Shown here: piece after piece, positions 14,901 to 29,497 of the stretch | Layout of the letters: each line of letters opens with the position of its first letter | Numbering within the stretch: the first letter of the stretch is position 1 | Assembly: GCA_002633005.1 (NCBI GenBank) | Contig: NMRA01000531.1 | Coordinates: forward strand, 140,590-204,589 | Direction of reading: 5' to 3' | DNA length: 64,000 bases | DNA from: Phoronis australis | Lineage: Eukaryota; Animalia; Phoronida | The notes under the pieces: generated by a model | What the model was told of the DNA's origin: nothing | Database searches by the model: none | The model's input: only the letters and a program-made list of their open reading frames with translations | Made by a program: the position numbers and the translations under genes

Positions 14901-15464
14901 TCATTTGGGGTCTCTTTCACTGCAGACTGCACTGATGACTAAGTATTAGTGTGTCCCTGCAGCCGCTTATGACGCCTAGCAGGTACTATGCAGCCCCCGT
15001 CAACCACAACTTTCAATTTGTGCTTCTCTTTACTTGTGCACAGTCTTACTTTTACACCAAGTGTAAGTCTGCACAAACTGATTACTCCTATTCTAAACTG
15101 TATTTCACTAAGAACGACAGAAGCAAAAGAATTCAAAGATATCCAGACAAAGATAGACTTCAAATGACACTAACTGACTTGCAATGACTTCCTAAAACCA
15201 CTTTGGGGCAGAGACATAGCAACACCATTTCAAAAAAATTTTTTAGGCAATTTACATTCATGCCCAACATTTCGGTTGGTCAGTTCTCCGGCCTTCCTCT
15301 GGTGTTACAGCTGGTTAGAACAACGAGCACGGGTCAATAGTACACTCATGGTGGGCACTTGGTACCAGTACACAAATCTAACTGCAACTGAGCATGAGCC
15401 TGAAGAACTTGAGACATTAAGCTCACACAAAATTCAAACATAAAAAGAATAGTGTGCAAATTAC

Positions 15465-15568
15465 CTGTCAAATGTTCTTGTTTTCTGACCTGCCTCTGAT
15501 CTGACTTTCAACGACCTTGAAAGATGCCACAGAATGGCAAACTTCTTGTGAGCTGCAAGGCGCTTTAC
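15465..15568 (-). CDS. DOP1A: DOP1/Dopey coding exon 8
   Basis: VKRLAAHKKFAILWHLSR...RTFDR, with the conserved KFAxLWHLxR and FDR motifs. Phase 0 to 2. Confidence 0.92.
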
Positions 15569-15887
15569 CTGCACAGAAAATAACACAAAATTAGGGACCA
15601 CAAATGAAAAAAATTGTTGACAACATTTGAAAACTTGATACCTAAAACACATATGCCATTCGAACAAATTTATCCAAAACTCAGAAATCAGGGTGCACAT
15701 ATTTAACAACTTTACAAAGCCCCGAGTGAGACAATGAAAAATGTGAAATCATTCATGACTTCATTCTGCATCTGGCAAGACATTAAAGATTTCCACACAG
15801 AAGTAATTCAAAGTAACGCTGCCTTTTTTGACAATTAAAGGCTATTTAAATGTGGTAATGTAGAAAAGAAATATGAGTAGACATTAC

Positions 15888-16040
15888 TTGATCATCGGAT
15901 ACTAAAGCTCGCCCTATGATGTCTTCAACAGTCCAAGGGTTAGGACACAACTGAAACACTTGACACAACATCTCGACACTCCTCTGGTGGTGGTCAGGGG
16001 AATGACTACTGAGACTGTCCCACAAGTTGGTAGACACAAC
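15888..16040 (-). CDS. DOP1A: DOP1/Dopey coding exon 7
   Basis: VVSTNLWDSLSSHSPDHHQRSVEMLCQVFQLCPNPWTVEDIIGRALVSDDQ. 153 nt, phase 0 to 0. Confidence 0.9.
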
Positions 16041-16714
16041 CTGAAAACAAGCATAATTGATTGGTCAGTGACATGGTCAGGTACTTGACCAACAAAGGCA
16101 ATATAAGAAGGAATGTGACCAATAGTCATAACCAGAATGCAGAAGAAGAGGGGTCAGGACCAAACTTCATTGAAGCAGTGTTCAAAATTTTATAAAAGCA
16201 ATCATGCATTTAAGGTAGCCACAGGACTGGGAGGTGAGCAACCTTCAAGAAAAATGTGGGTACCAGCATATCAACACAAAATACAAAAAAAAACATTTCA
16301 AAATACTACAGCTATAAGCAAATTTCAATGTCCAGATGCAGCCAGGTTGGAAACATCACTATAAAGGTGCCTTAATAACAAATAACACTGTGCTTTATTA
16401 AGAACTTGAAAATGTTGAAAGGAAATGTCATTTTCATTTCAGGAGATGTCACTTTTCTTATGTTTCATTATTCAAACAGTTAGGAGTTATCGTGGAGAAT
16501 GTGAAACTCATTGCAGCATGAGCACTTGAATGTTCAATAACCCAAGTTCAAACAACAGTGCAAAAGTAATTTTTTTCTAAATTCAGATTTGAACTGGAGA
16601 CATAAAAATGTCAAATCAACATTTTTCTAAAAACTAATCAACAGAAAGCAATAATTGAGTACAAACTTTTGACAATTTTTAGAAAAGAAAGAACAGAAAT
16701 CAAACAATTCTGAC

Positions 16715-16980
16715 CTGATAAAAACATGTCCGTTCATTGATGAACTTGAACAGACTAGAAGTCAATGCTGGCAGAATCACCACGGAAACGTGACCCTGAG
16801 ACGATGGCTTAGGAATGGTATCCTGTGCTCCAAGTCCTTCTGTTTGTCTGATGAGGGACTTCGTTAATGACATCATATCTAACATGGCCGAGATAGCAGC
16901 CTCCTGGAGATCAAAGTTTGTCACAAAGCAGCAACACGTTAGCAAGGCTTGGAGCCAGGAGGGCAGGGCAGGATCACCAT
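16715..16980 (-). CDS. DOP1A: DOP1/Dopey coding exon 6
   Basis: GDPALPSWLQALLTCCCFVTNFDLQEAAISAMLDM...TCFYQ. Phase 1 to 0. Confidence 0.93.
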
Positions 16981-18121
16981 CTACAGAAAATAAAAACTTT
17001 GTGAAAGCCATCCCAAATGTAACTACCAGACTAGCAACATTTTAGGCATGATTTCAGTGAGACAAAATCATTAATGTCTAAATCCATTAATTGTTTACTT
17101 CAAACACAACAAAATGCGCCAAAGTTTTGCCTCGTGACTCGGGACTGTCATAATGCTTATGACCAGTGCAAAAAGACAGAGTGAGAGTACAAGACATAGC
17201 GTAGGTGTAGTTGAAAGGGCATTATTGGTTGTCTTCTCAGATGACACCACTCTGATAAGAATACAAGGAATGAAAGTTAGCAAATGTAACATACTGAAAG
17301 ATTTAGTCTGACCAGTCTACTTAATTTTAACACATGACTGAACTGATCAATATTACGAATCTGGTTCAGTATTCCACTTCTAAACCTAGACTTACTGTAC
17401 ATATTCGCTATCTTACATTCAAAATTGTTCTCACAAACAGCTGTACTGTGAAGTCAAGTTAACGCACAACTCTGAATAACCAAAAATGGGTAGAATGAAG
17501 TAAACAAATTTACAATGAACTCTCAGCTTATGCAGTGGAATGAGATCACAGCATGTTGAAAACCATAAACCATGGTTCCCACTCTTCGCAAAGATTTTAT
17601 TATCTGACTTCTCCAAGATGTAATTTTCATTTTCCACAAAAAGTACACTAAAACTTTACAGTAATCTTTGCTATCAAAGACTGTTCACAAGCGTAAGTGA
17701 AAGCGCAAACTTGTGAACTGATCGTTTTCCATGTATGGTAAGTATTGCACAATTGTTGTTATGTCTAAGCCCCATCCCTTAGTTTCCAGTGTTGTGTTAG
17801 TATGAGTCTTGTTCTAGTAATAAAAGATCTTGGCTAACCCTTATTTTAATCTTTGACCAGGTGGCAGAAATTTTCGAGCCCACGTATTGTCTCAGACACA
17901 CTTAATCTAGACCATTTCAAGCCCAGAACCCTTATTAAGTATTATGAACTCTTAACTCTTCGACCTGGAACTCATGTATGCTAAGTTTTGATGTAGTTTT
18001 CTCAGTGTTAAATTATGCATAAATCCGAGAACTGACTCATATAAAGAGAGTTGTTTTAAATTTATCTCTAGAAATGTCCAAACTGGTGTCCATGTGTTTA
18101 GTTTCTGCCATTTACCACTTG

Positions 18122-18207
18122 TCTTCCAGGTATGCAAAGTATTACCATCTTCCAGGTATGCAAAGTATTACCATCTTCCAGGTATGCAAAGTATTACCAT
18201 CTTCCAA
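18122..18207. repeat. 26-bp tandem repeat, 3+ copies
   Basis: (tcttccaggtatgcaaagtattacca)3, intronic, just past the DOP1 exon 5 donor. Confidence 0.9.
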
Positions 18208-18266
18208 GTTTCCTGTGTAAGTGGAAAGGGTGCAAACCTTAAAGCAACTTACTCCTGGAGTCTCAC

Positions 18267-19128
18267 CTGTTTTAGTCTCCTCCTGTATCATGTGACACTC
18301 TGTCACATACAGTGGGAAACAGGAGAAATCCACCAGAAGTTTGCACGCTTGCGTAAATGTATCAACGCAGGATTGATCAAGCTGGTCCAAGTTGACCTTG
18401 GTCATTCCTTCGCACTCCACGTCGCAGTCGATGTCTGTAGGTAAATAAAACTCATCCGTAGACTCAGTACCATAATCAGAGCTTTTTGTCCCAGACTCTG
18501 GTACGCCAAAAGTAACATCACACAGTGCAGTCATGAACTCATCCAAATCCTTCTGACCACAAAGGACTCTCTTTGTCAGCATGGTAGCCAGGAAGTCTAC
18601 AAAGGAACTCTTGCACTTCTGCATTACCGATTGGGGTACTGTAGGGTGAGTTAGGGTCGTACTTGACGAAGAAGTCGATACGGAGTGTACCACTTGACTC
18701 GACTCTGTTTTCACAGTTCCTCTATTGTGCTCAGACTCAAATTCTGTTTTTGCAGTTCCACTTGACAATGTCTCCTCAGGTGTTGTGAGTTTAAAGTCAC
18801 TCTCACCCTCTATGGTACCAATGCCCCCTACTGGGGGAGGCTCATACTTCACTTCATTCATATCTATTGCATCCTTAGTAGTAGTTTTATCCTCACTGAA
18901 TAGGCGTCCTTCTTGCTCATATGGGAACATCAAGGTGGAGTCATCCAGAGGAGTTGATGGGGTAGACGGAGTCATGGATGGTTGAACCCGTGCAAGGATC
19001 TTTGCACACAGCAGTAGACTATCTGTCAGTTCCTGGTTGGTCAGACTATTGATGTGTGTGGCAAGAGAATGAATTAACTGATGCATCAACTCTGGCAAAT
19101 ACTCTGTCTGTGTCTCAGAATAAGTCTC
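18267..19128 (-). CDS. DOP1A: DOP1/Dopey coding exon 5
   Basis: ETYSETQTEYLPEL...FTQACKLLVDFSCFPLY. 862 nt. The gtgaga donor gives phase 1, matching the next exon. Confidence 0.92.
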
Positions 19129-19822
19129 CTGGAAAAAGTAATGTGTTACAGGTTAGGTCAAAGAAAAAAATAGTTGGTTCCCTTACCAGACTTGTTCTGA
19201 AACCCGAGACTAGTTACTCAAAGAAAAAAGTACCCTCATCAAGTTTATCCTTATTCAAATGCCAAGCAAGGTTTAAAACACCATAGCCGGTCACCGTCTC
19301 GCAAAACAAGCTGACTGAAGTGAAGAGATAGAGAACATAATAACAATTGCTACAGCTAATAATAATGATAACCACCGTGATCAAAAGCTTCAGTAATCAG
19401 CAAAATAAACTATCATTTGTCTTAGTAAAAGAATAGTTATAGCAATAATGGCTTTATGGTGCTACTGAGCTTCAATTGATACCACCAACCAGGAGAGTCC
19501 ACTACAATTTGTCTTCATCAACCAATATTTTGGAAGGGCAATTTTCTTCTCCACATATTTGGCACACAGATAATTGCCAAAATAATCATTTTATACTTTC
19601 CAAGGGCTGACAACCTAGAAACTTTGAAACTTTGTCAAATGTTGTTTTACAACATTGGTAATATACAAATCATGTTGGTAATACACTAAAATGTGATTTT
19701 TTGTGAAGAAATTTGACAAAATAGAACTTCACTAGTCTGCAATATTATGTGATAAATAAATTTACTGAAGAATTACGTGAAATTAAAATGACAAAACATA
19801 AATTAACATAACATAGACCTAC

Positions 19823-20659
19823 CAATGAGACAATGTCGAGCAAGAAATCCACCAGCTTACAAAACTCGGATACTGACAATCGCGTTTTGTAAGAGTAGAC
19901 CTCCTTTCCGTCAGCAGCTTGATCACAGATCTGACCAAACTTACTGGCAATGAAGTCCCAAAGGAAGTAAGGCTCGAACGTGCCAAATAATAGGTTTGCT
20001 GTCTTAATGACTTCACCACTTTCTTTATCAAATTTCCGCCGTCTTGCTTGAAGTGGTAAAGTACCACTGTCAGATGAGTCCTTCGACACACCTTTTGATT
20101 GCTGTGAACGCACTTTCTCTCCTCTAGCACCAGGGCTACATTCAGAATACAAGCATCGGAAGACCTCAAATAGAATATCCTCCAGAATGGATGACCCAAT
20201 TTCTGGCCGGTCCAGAAATGAGATTAAGATTCGGAAAGGTTTCAGACTCTCTGGACCAGAGCCCAACTTAGCACCAATCACGCCAGCAGAGCTGGCATGA
20301 TTGAGTATTGATGACAATGCATCAATAAGCAAATCTTTGGCAAATGTATTGAAATAGAACAAGTCTGCCTCACTACTTGATGTACTATCAGACCGTTGAA
20401 GATCTGGCACTGGTTTTTGCAAGCCAGGAACCACAATCGGCGCACCCCCAGGATCTAGTCCGAGTAACCACATGAAGAGGCGACGGTTGAGTGACATGTC
20501 GCGCCGGAGCAACACAGAAATCGCTGATTCAAGCAGTTTGGTCATGTCTGGTTTATTGAGCTGTTTATTGTGCATCGGTAGTGCCACCTGGACAAAGTCT
20601 AGTGTGCTACGCTGAACGAGTACAGCCGTGTCTTCGATGCCATTCTGCAGGGCAGAGAC
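19823..20659 (-). CDS. DOP1A: DOP1/Dopey coding exon 4
   Basis: VSALQNGIEDTAVLVQRSTLDF...VLLRRDMSLNRRLFMWLLG...KPFRILISFLDRPEIG...EVIKTANLLF...LLDIVSL. 837 nt, phase 0 to 0. Confidence 0.96.
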
Positions 20660-23600
20660 CTGAAACACAGTTATGAATAAAGTTATTCAAAGATCAGATT
20701 ATGATGGTTTTTGTGAATATAATTTACGTTCATGGTCGCACATTGTGTGACCTGTTCCCTATAAAAGTACCTCTCGATATCAGAATAAAAGCAACAATTC
20801 AGATAGAGAAGTTTCAATAATAGATGTTTACTAATGCCAAAAAATATTCCCCCATAGTCAACAGACTGTGTGGTAGTCACAGGAGAGTCCCATGCCAACC
20901 AACAAAAAATTCCCGGGAAATAAGGCATATATTTCCAAGTAGTCTCAGAGTAACATCGCACAAATTTCAGAATAAAAATATTGCCAAAATTGAACTTTTT
21001 TCATTTTCCAAAGACTTCTTTCATTGCAATGACTACACAGTTTCTCAAAACAAAGCCTGATGGCAGCTAATCATACAGAACTTGAAAGAAAAGTCATTTA
21101 ATTTGGGGCAACATGTCTTTTGCACAAAAATGCAAAAACAATTTCATTTGTCCACCATATTGTGTCCTAAATTGCAGTGAGTTCACCGTAATTGCATTCT
21201 GATTAGATTGAAATTACATTATATTATTATACAGTCAGGATGACTTCAATGATCGATACCCATCAAAATGAACAGGTTAAAACTCTCCGCAAACTAACAC
21301 TACTTTTACATTTAGTTCCACTAGGCATTTACTGAGAATAAAGTGATGTCATTGGTTAATTAAATTTGAACACAAATCGTCACATGATTTACAACTGTAA
21401 TATCCCAATGTCTTATTCTATTATATTTTACTAAATACTTGTAAAACTATTCTCTGACATAATTTCTATAATTTTTTTTTACAAATTTCCTAAGTAATTC
21501 ATGTAAATATTATGTCTTTCAGTTCATGCTCTGTGTATCGCTTCATTATCCCTACTGTTTTAGTTTTGTTTCTTCATTATTAGTATAATAATAATAATGT
21601 ATTTATTTCAAGTCCTGTATATTTGTTTCATGACGTCTTCATTTGTTTTATTTGAGCCCCCATAGTGAACAGACTACCACCTATAAATACAGATTTCTAT
21701 ACAACTCAAAGACTTGCATCACCCGTTTGATGAACACACTCTGACAGATTGTTTCTCTTTGCTCTAACCCACCTAGTAGAAGGACATGAGTCAGAAAGCG
21801 TGTTGACTTCACGAAAAGGGAGACGTTAGAGGGGAAGGGCTTGTACCCTAACAGGAAGGCTTATACAGAAGAAACATTAGGTGCTACTAAAAGGAGGTGG
21901 GCGCATACACAAGTATTGCCCAAAAGTTGGAGATGGGCTTATACTGCAGTGGATATTGTAACACATTATGAAAGCACTTTTGCAGCTATAGAATAAAGAG
22001 AAATGATCAAGAACAATGGAGAATCAGAATAGATCTATTCATGGGTTATCCAAGGGAAAATGAAAAGGACAAAAAAGCACAGTTGACCCTGATCCGTGCT
22101 TTTTTGAAAATGAAATAGGTAGTGTGAAATTTTTTGTTGTTGTTAGTTAGACTGACTGAAATTGATGATGGACAGCGCGTGTTTAGTCGGTGAATGCAGG
22201 CCTAGAAACGAGTCATGGCAAAAATCACGGTATCATTTAAAAAAGTGATTTAAGACTTGGGTCAGAATCTACTTTTAAAAAACAATTAACCTCACTTATA
22301 TAATAAGCAAAATAAAAATTACTGAGAATATGAACATTAACTGCTAGTAGCGAGAAAAAATCTGGGAATTACTTCTAGTCTGTGATGCGCTCACGGTTAC
22401 TCAGCTCTGTCTTAAGTTGTCTTAAGTTGCGTTTCATGCAACAGATCCCAATACCAACTTTGCTTTATTTGTTTGGCCTTATCGACTCATCTAGTGACCA
22501 GGGTTTTATGTTAAGCTCAACAGCTACAGGATGAAAAGCAACAGATGTAGTCTGGTGCAAACAAGAAGAGGCAATGATCCCAATGTTATTCCATACAACA
22601 CAAACTGTGTATTGATTAGCTGTCCTGAGCCTACAAGTATTAAGTGGCAGTTTCGTAAAGCCAACTGAAGATCAGATTGATGATGAATCTTGGCTGTGAA
22701 TGGTCAAAGGTAATTGACAAGATATTGTTAGCTATATCTGGTTTGACATCCCACTTACTGATAACAGTAAAACATTCAAACTCACTAGTAATATAGAGCA
22801 TAGCTCAGAGGAGGAAAATTTCTTCCATTTCGAGGCAAAATAAAGGTTAAGACAGTAATTTTCCAGTTTTCATGAAATACGAAATTTCATACATCACAAC
22901 CATGCAAGAGTGCCTTTTACTAGAAATTCGTGAAAAAGGAAGTTCTATGCTGTTCAGCTGTGGCAGCAATTTTATCTATTTAAACTTTTCTCAAATTTTG
23001 GTAAGTATTTTGAATAGACACAAGACATAATACAGAACATTTTCTGGTTACCATAATGCCCAACAATGTGGTATACACATAAATAGTATAAAAACCAGGA
23101 AAAAATACTTTGATGATGCATGAACAAATGAAGATATATGATATTATGTCCTGAGGAAACGCACTTTTAGCAAAAAATATGATTTCACAAGAGATAAAAT
23201 TTAACAATTTTCATCAACTGCTACTGAAATTTGCCATGCACCATCATATCATAAAATTATGATAACGACCAACCATAGAGACTGACACATGTGTCCAAAT
23301 GGGGATAAGAGTATTATGGACAATCAAGAGGGTGTGAAAGCAAAAAAACCTACAGGTGGTAGTCGATCAAGGGATCCTGTCAGTCACCCAAGCCATGTTA
23401 AGAGTGGGTGTGACCTCTAACCAATACGCAAGATTATGTCAAAAATCTAGTACATCACCCACATACTATCGACACATACATACATGTAACATGTGCACTC
23501 TAGTACCTGACAAGTACATGCACAGCATAGTGCGAATGCATAAAATATTCCCACAAAATTCTTATGTCATCATCATCATTGAAGAAGCAAAACATCTTTC

Positions 23601-24433
23601 AATTGATCTATGAGCAAAGTTGCTGCATTATATGAAGTTCGAAGGACAGGAAATCGGTCAACAAAAATTTTCTCATCTTAGTAAAAATAGTTCATGATGT
23701 TACTAATATTATTATATTGGCTATATCATGTAAGACAGGTTGACTGAAGCCTGAACAGAGGCCACTTCAAGCTTGCCTTTTGCAAAGTTAAAGAAGCTTA
23801 ACTCGGCAATGACAAAAAGTTTTCAAGTTGTGGTATTGGAGCTCACATGCATTGTTATGGTATAATCACTGATAAATAGTTCCTCAATCTGACACTTGGC
23901 AATGTGTCAACAATGGCTGCACTTGACTCATTTCCACGTTTCAGTCGTTTCGTTTCAGTGGGTCAACTGGCCGATACATATGATTAGTCTGTAAGCTGGA
24001 GGTTGTCATCGACAACAAGGAGGCTAGTCAAGTGTACCAGAAATTGAATGCACTTACAAAATCCCTTAATGGAACTCTTATCAAAATGTCAATATACACC
24101 CGAGGATAATAAATCCCTTAAAAGCGCTATAAAATTGCCTTATGTCAAAGAATAAGTTTTAATTTAGACAAATCACAACTAAAAATTCGATCTCAAATTG
24201 TGCCCTTCCCAGATAAGAAGCAATGTCTGAAGTTAGCAGGAAGTTACATTTCATAGTTGCAAGAGGTCAGGCTTGATAGGTCAAGTCATTATGTGCGATG
24301 AGCTCTTCCCAAACCCAGAAACACATTCTAATCAGTCTGGAACAAGTTACGACCAGTGTTGAAATCACGGTAAAAGTACAAGCTAGTCTGTTCTGTCATA
24401 CGGTGGTTTCATATTTAATACTCAGCCACTCAC

Positions 24434-24623
24434 TAGTGTGTCTACGTTTGTTCCCATGATGTGCAGTTGATCCTCCATACTCATACGCTTGTTGAAGTGT
24501 GACAGCACAAAGGTAATGGCGGGCAGACGGATCACGGGACACGTGACCACACACTCCCACAGCACCCCAAAGAAGTAGGTAGTGTCACACACTTTGCACA
24601 CATTCTCCAACAAAACATTGGTT
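24434..24623 (-). CDS. DOP1A: DOP1/Dopey coding exon 3
   Basis: TNVLLENVCKVCDTTYFFGVLWECVVTCPVIRLPAITFVLSHF...TNVDTL. ctttcag acceptor, gtgagt donor, phase 2 to 0. Confidence 0.93.
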
Positions 24624-25942
24624 CTGAAAGTAATTGCTTCGTTTTATCTAATGCACTACCTGAAGAAAGATATGACATGAGTCTACGATCAAAACTGTTT
24701 GTGTCAATCTAATATAAGTTTTCTTTTGCCATCAGCCAGTTAGCTAGAGTAACATGTAGCCGCAAACTTCAACAAACTGAAGACTGTCGCAAGTGTCGTA
24801 CACCATTTCAGATTTCACTCAAGGCACGGGAGACACACAGTTCCCAGTGTAACAAGCCATACAGCACATCTTGACGAAGCCCAGAATTGAACCTGCGCCA
24901 GATGCAGTGACAGATGCTTTAACCAGTGTTCAAATTTGAGCACGTTTTTGAGGCAATGGCGGTAACAGATGCAAATATCAAAGCACAAATACATTTCTCG
25001 GCTGCACAGAATTGTTGAAGCTCTTCCCTACAACAACAATGATCAAACAGGAAAGCATCATTCGGTAATCAATTATTAGGTTTGGACAGATTACGTTAAG
25101 CATTTTGCCTAACTTGTTCACCTAGCTAAAAACAAAAAATGAATTAGGCATTTAACTCTTGTAAAATCAGTCTCATAATATTCCTTAGGGCTCTACTTCC
25201 ATAATCAAAACAACATTGAAACAATCAGCGACATTTGTAAACAGAAAAAGAATCTCAGTAACTTACGACATTGATTTTATGAGTAAAAGGCCCAAATTGT
25301 TTCTTAGCCAGCCAAAAAGGTCCTGGTGTTTGTAAACACTGACATTTACATGGCATGTAGTCGTATTTTGAAAGCATGCATTGGTATTTCATTTTCTCTG
25401 TTGATACAAGTCCCTACATTTTAGCTAAGGAGTACAATTACCAGTCTTGCGGTGAACTTAGGTACATGATTTTGTCCATCATACTTGAAAACAGTATACC
25501 TTAACCACAGAGAGTTATTATTGGCCTTTCGTATTTTGAAGTGATGTATTTTGGCAGCAAATTCCATTTTTAATTACATGCCATTGAAAACCACATACTA
25601 TTAGGCACTGTTCACAGGTTGATGGGGGCGATTGTGCAGTGATGCTTTCTTGCTCATGGTCAGTTACACAGTATTCACAGGTCTTGCACCTCAACCAGCA
25701 ATAGCATGTTGAGGAAACATTGATTAATACTGTTAAAACACACGAGAGTCTGGTTTGAACAAAAGATTGAACAACATATGAAACGTGCGAAGAACAAAAT
25801 TAATCTTAGCCGACTTGAAAATCATGGAATACCGATGAACTGCCCGGTCAACTGACCAGTGAATGAGGCCTTCAGTTAATAAACTTGGAAATGGCAAGCA
25901 CTGTCACTAAATAATCTATCCAGTGACAGCAGTGACACCTAC

Positions 25943-26295
25943 CTGTCATAGTATTCCGACCCTTCCTCTAACCCAGGTAAGACACCAATCAACAACCCAT
26001 AGAGGCCTGGCTTCAAATGCTTCTCCAGAGGTGTAAAATGGTTCTCATAAATACTCAACAGCAATGGTTTCACGTTCATGGCCGCGAAGCTCAGTAGTGG
26101 GAATAGACCAGCACTGTAGATGAACAGGTCTTGGGCAAGCCGGAATGGACCAATCGTCTTGAAGATGATGTCATAAGTCTCCAAGGCCTTAAGGTGGACC
26201 CCGCTGGGTAGAGCGGGATGGAGACATTGGGCAAGCCGCTTACCAATGGTGACTCGCTTGGGTATGACGGGATACTTTTGATGGCTTAACAATAC
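25943..26295 (-). CDS. DOP1A: DOP1/Dopey coding exon 2 (Dopey_N domain)
   Basis: [41 protein letters not shown]...[11 protein letters not shown], with hallmark Dopey_N motifs. AG/GT boundaries, phase 0 to 2. Confidence 0.96.
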
Positions 26296-27297
26296 CTAGA
26301 AATTATGTCATGAAACATTTACCATGTGAGGATATTAATCGCTGTGATAAGCTAACTGATATTTAACAACTCAAATTTATTGTTTAGCATTCCAAGAAAT
26401 AATCAAATTAGATATCATAAAAATTCTCCACTCTAAGAGAAAAAAACGTATTCAACTGCTGTTGTTTGAAAGGTAAATACTTGTTTTACGCTATTTAGAC
26501 ATTTTTCCACATAATGTCTCAAAATTGAAGAATTTTCACCACATCTTTCTTTGCACAACAGTTCTATTCTTGCTCAAACTTTGCCTTTGCTCTCCTTTTG
26601 AATGATGACAGTATGACCACGATAAACAAAATGAATTGTGTATTTTGTTATTGCATCCATGTGTGTGTAATCTCACCGATACAGAACTCAATAAGGCAGA
26701 CAAGTGACTTTTCATTTTTCCATAAAAGGTCACATTTATGTTTTTTCGTGTTCGGGTTCTGTACCATAGCTACCACCAGACAACATTTTGAACAGTTGAT
26801 CATAACAATATGAGAAGCTATTGAAAATGAAAAGGTGCAATTATGGAAATTTTTTTATCAGAAATTAGTGAGATTTTACAATTAATAATACAAATTCTTT
26901 CTCAACTTTACATCAACCTCTACTGTCTCACACATGTTTAAGACATTCTCAGGTTAAGCTCAGGGATTTGGGACAAAAACAATTGCCAAAACTGCCCTAT
27001 TGTTAGTTGCAAGGGTTTCTAACATTGTTATGAACACCCACAATTTTTTTAAAACATTGTCTAGAAGTTGCAATAGTTCAGAATTTGAACATGGACTTTA
27101 AGGATTATTTTTATGCTACAAATATTTCATGGAAAAGCTGAGCAAATAAAATTTCACTTGTTTGTCGAAATGTGTCCTAAACCGGTGAGATGTTACTCTC
27201 ACATTCAAAGGTCCATATGTAACATAATACAGAAACTTTACCAAGCATATGGCTTTAGTACAATTCACAAACAGTAGGAAGACAAGATAATTCTGAC

Positions 27298-27444
27298 CTT
27301 GTTCAACTTGCCCAAGGCTGATATGAGGTCAGCCCACTCGCTAGTCGCTTCAAAGTTCCTAAGGGCCTTCTCCACCTGGGAGATGTATGACCGATACTTG
27401 GAATCAGCCAGTAGGTCACACTCTTCCATGCTTACTGAACTCAT
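27298..27444 (-). CDS. DOP1A: DOP1/Dopey coding exon 1 (start codon)
   Basis: Translates [49 protein letters not shown], the conserved Dopey N-terminus. GT donor at 27297-27296. AG acceptor at 27477-27476 implies an upstream non-coding exon. Likely co-orthologue of vertebrate DOP1A and DOP1B. Confidence 0.95.
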
Positions 27445-27578
27445 GTCGTTACAAGATTTTCATAGTCGGGTTTACCTGGAATTAATACTGAATGTGCTTA
27501 ACAAAAGATATATGCTGTAACTTACAATCGTACAACCATTATCAGATTGAGGTTTCCCAGAAAAACCCAAAGAACAAT

Positions 27579-27626
27579 ACACACACACACACATCAGCAC
27601 ACACACACGCACACGTACACACGCAC
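27579..27626. repeat. (CA)n microsatellite, imperfect
   Basis: Seen directly. Confidence 0.85.
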
Positions 27627-28799
27627 AGACAAGATTGATGTTACAATGACTTTGAGGCAAAACTGGAACTGGCATGGCAGCAGTGCCAAATGGTAGGCTG
27701 GACTACATGCAGCAAGCACTGAGGGTAAATGTCACATAATCAGAGTGGCTTTGTGGTACTTCATAACAACCAATATTTATCCTCCCACAGTTGCCATGTA
27801 TAAGAAGGATATCATGATTAGAAGCTGAACTGTTTCACTTTGAGTGACCACATAAAATATACCAAGCAATTCACTACAACAGTGTCATATGTAAAAATGA
27901 CCAATTAACCTCTAGATTCTGGAGAAAACTTTCAGTTACAAAAATGCCCAGGCAGCAAGATTACCAACCTCAGCTGAAGTTGACCCAACAGGTTGTGTGC
28001 TGACTATGTATTGGGATATGGTGCATTATTTTGTAAAAGCTCAAGGCCAGAGTATTTGATACTAGACCTAGACAGACTCTGTACATTCAAAATCCTGTGA
28101 ATGAACTATAATTGTGAAACTGATATAGCTGACTAAATCATCTGAGTACAGGGTCTCATATTTTTAATATTTAAAAGAAACTTGAATCAGCAATTCACCA
28201 ATTGCATCACACAAGCTTCAAGTAAACGATCAAATTTCTACTACATTGGTTAAATTTTAAGTCTGAGTCTGAGTCGAGATTAGAAACTGCAATGGACAAT
28301 GACGAATGAGCGCATGTCAGAGGTGTGCAATGGACCCCACTCCTAAAGCCTCCTCATGTTTGATGTAATTCAGGCTTCAGATGGTTTACAATCCTTTAGT
28401 AACTACTTTCGAAAATTTTCATCAATGCGAATTTGCCTACTGGCCGATTGGTTTGTTCGGAGAACAAGCATGCTAGCAGCCTGGGTTTGATAACGACCAT
28501 GAGAAGGTAGATTTCCCAACAGTGGGGCTCAACTAAAGTGAAATTCATGACCCGGAGTTCCAAGGCTGAGTGGCAGATGAGAACCACACTCCCCCGACCC
28601 TCAAAAAACAGGACCAGCCAGGACGATCTGGACACAGTGTGGGTCTGAGGTAATATCCAGGATACACCGCCATATTTCAGAAGGGAAATTCCAGGACATA
28701 ATCAGTGATAATGTGATCCGACGCCTGTCACCAGCCCCAGCTGCGATTTGGAGAACGAATGATCGAGAGGAGTTTTGCGAATATATGCTTCTAGGAAGC

Positions 28800-29497
28800 A
28801 ACCTAGTGAGCTGTATGAAGACTAACGACAGGATACAACAAGGAACTGTTGTGTCAACTTCTCACAGACTTCGAAATTTCATACCGCCCAGGTAGTTCTG
28901 CTCTTCACTTTGTTGTGAAACTAATATCAACATATAGAGCTAATGACCGGACGGGGTGCATGCAAAATCTGGTTGTCAACCACCATTTACCCTCCCCGTT
29001 ACAGATGAAAAATTCAAAATGATTTTGTAAAAAATACACTAAAGAGAAACGAATTGTTGTGATATGTACTCAATCTTGTGGAAGAAACGTTGATTGAAGA
29101 ATAGGCAAATAAAAAATTGGCCATAAGGTGACTCTTTATTCCATGGTGCTGAATGTTGGCACATACCATAAATTTAGAAGCAGAATACTAGTAATGGGGA
29201 GAGTGTAGGTTTTTAGTTACAGTAATTGTCAAATTTTATTTGGACAGTTTTTTACCCACATTGGTGCAAAGCTACATAGAAATATACAGCTTTACACCAA
29301 CACTTGGTTCCAGGCCCTGGGAGAGAGAGAGAAAACACTTTTATTTATTTACATTAAGTTAATCGACGCAAAGATAGTGCTGCAATTCTAGCAACAAAAT
29401 AACAGTAGAATGCCAATTATTCCAACAAAGTAAATAATTTAGTGTACTCAAGTAAAAGTGTAGTTTTTAATGACACTAATTTTGTGTTAGGTTTTGT
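28800..29497. repeat. Dispersed repeat, inverted homologue of 33085-33800
   Basis: For example, tttttaatgacactaattttgtgt and tcaacatatagagctaatgaccggac are reverse complements of blocks near 33135 and 33645. Confidence 0.75.

Noticed and set aside
18253-18266. Alternative DOP1 exon 5 donor (GGA|gtaagt at 18252)
   Set aside because: It gives phase 0, which is incompatible with the phase 1 acceptor of exon 6.
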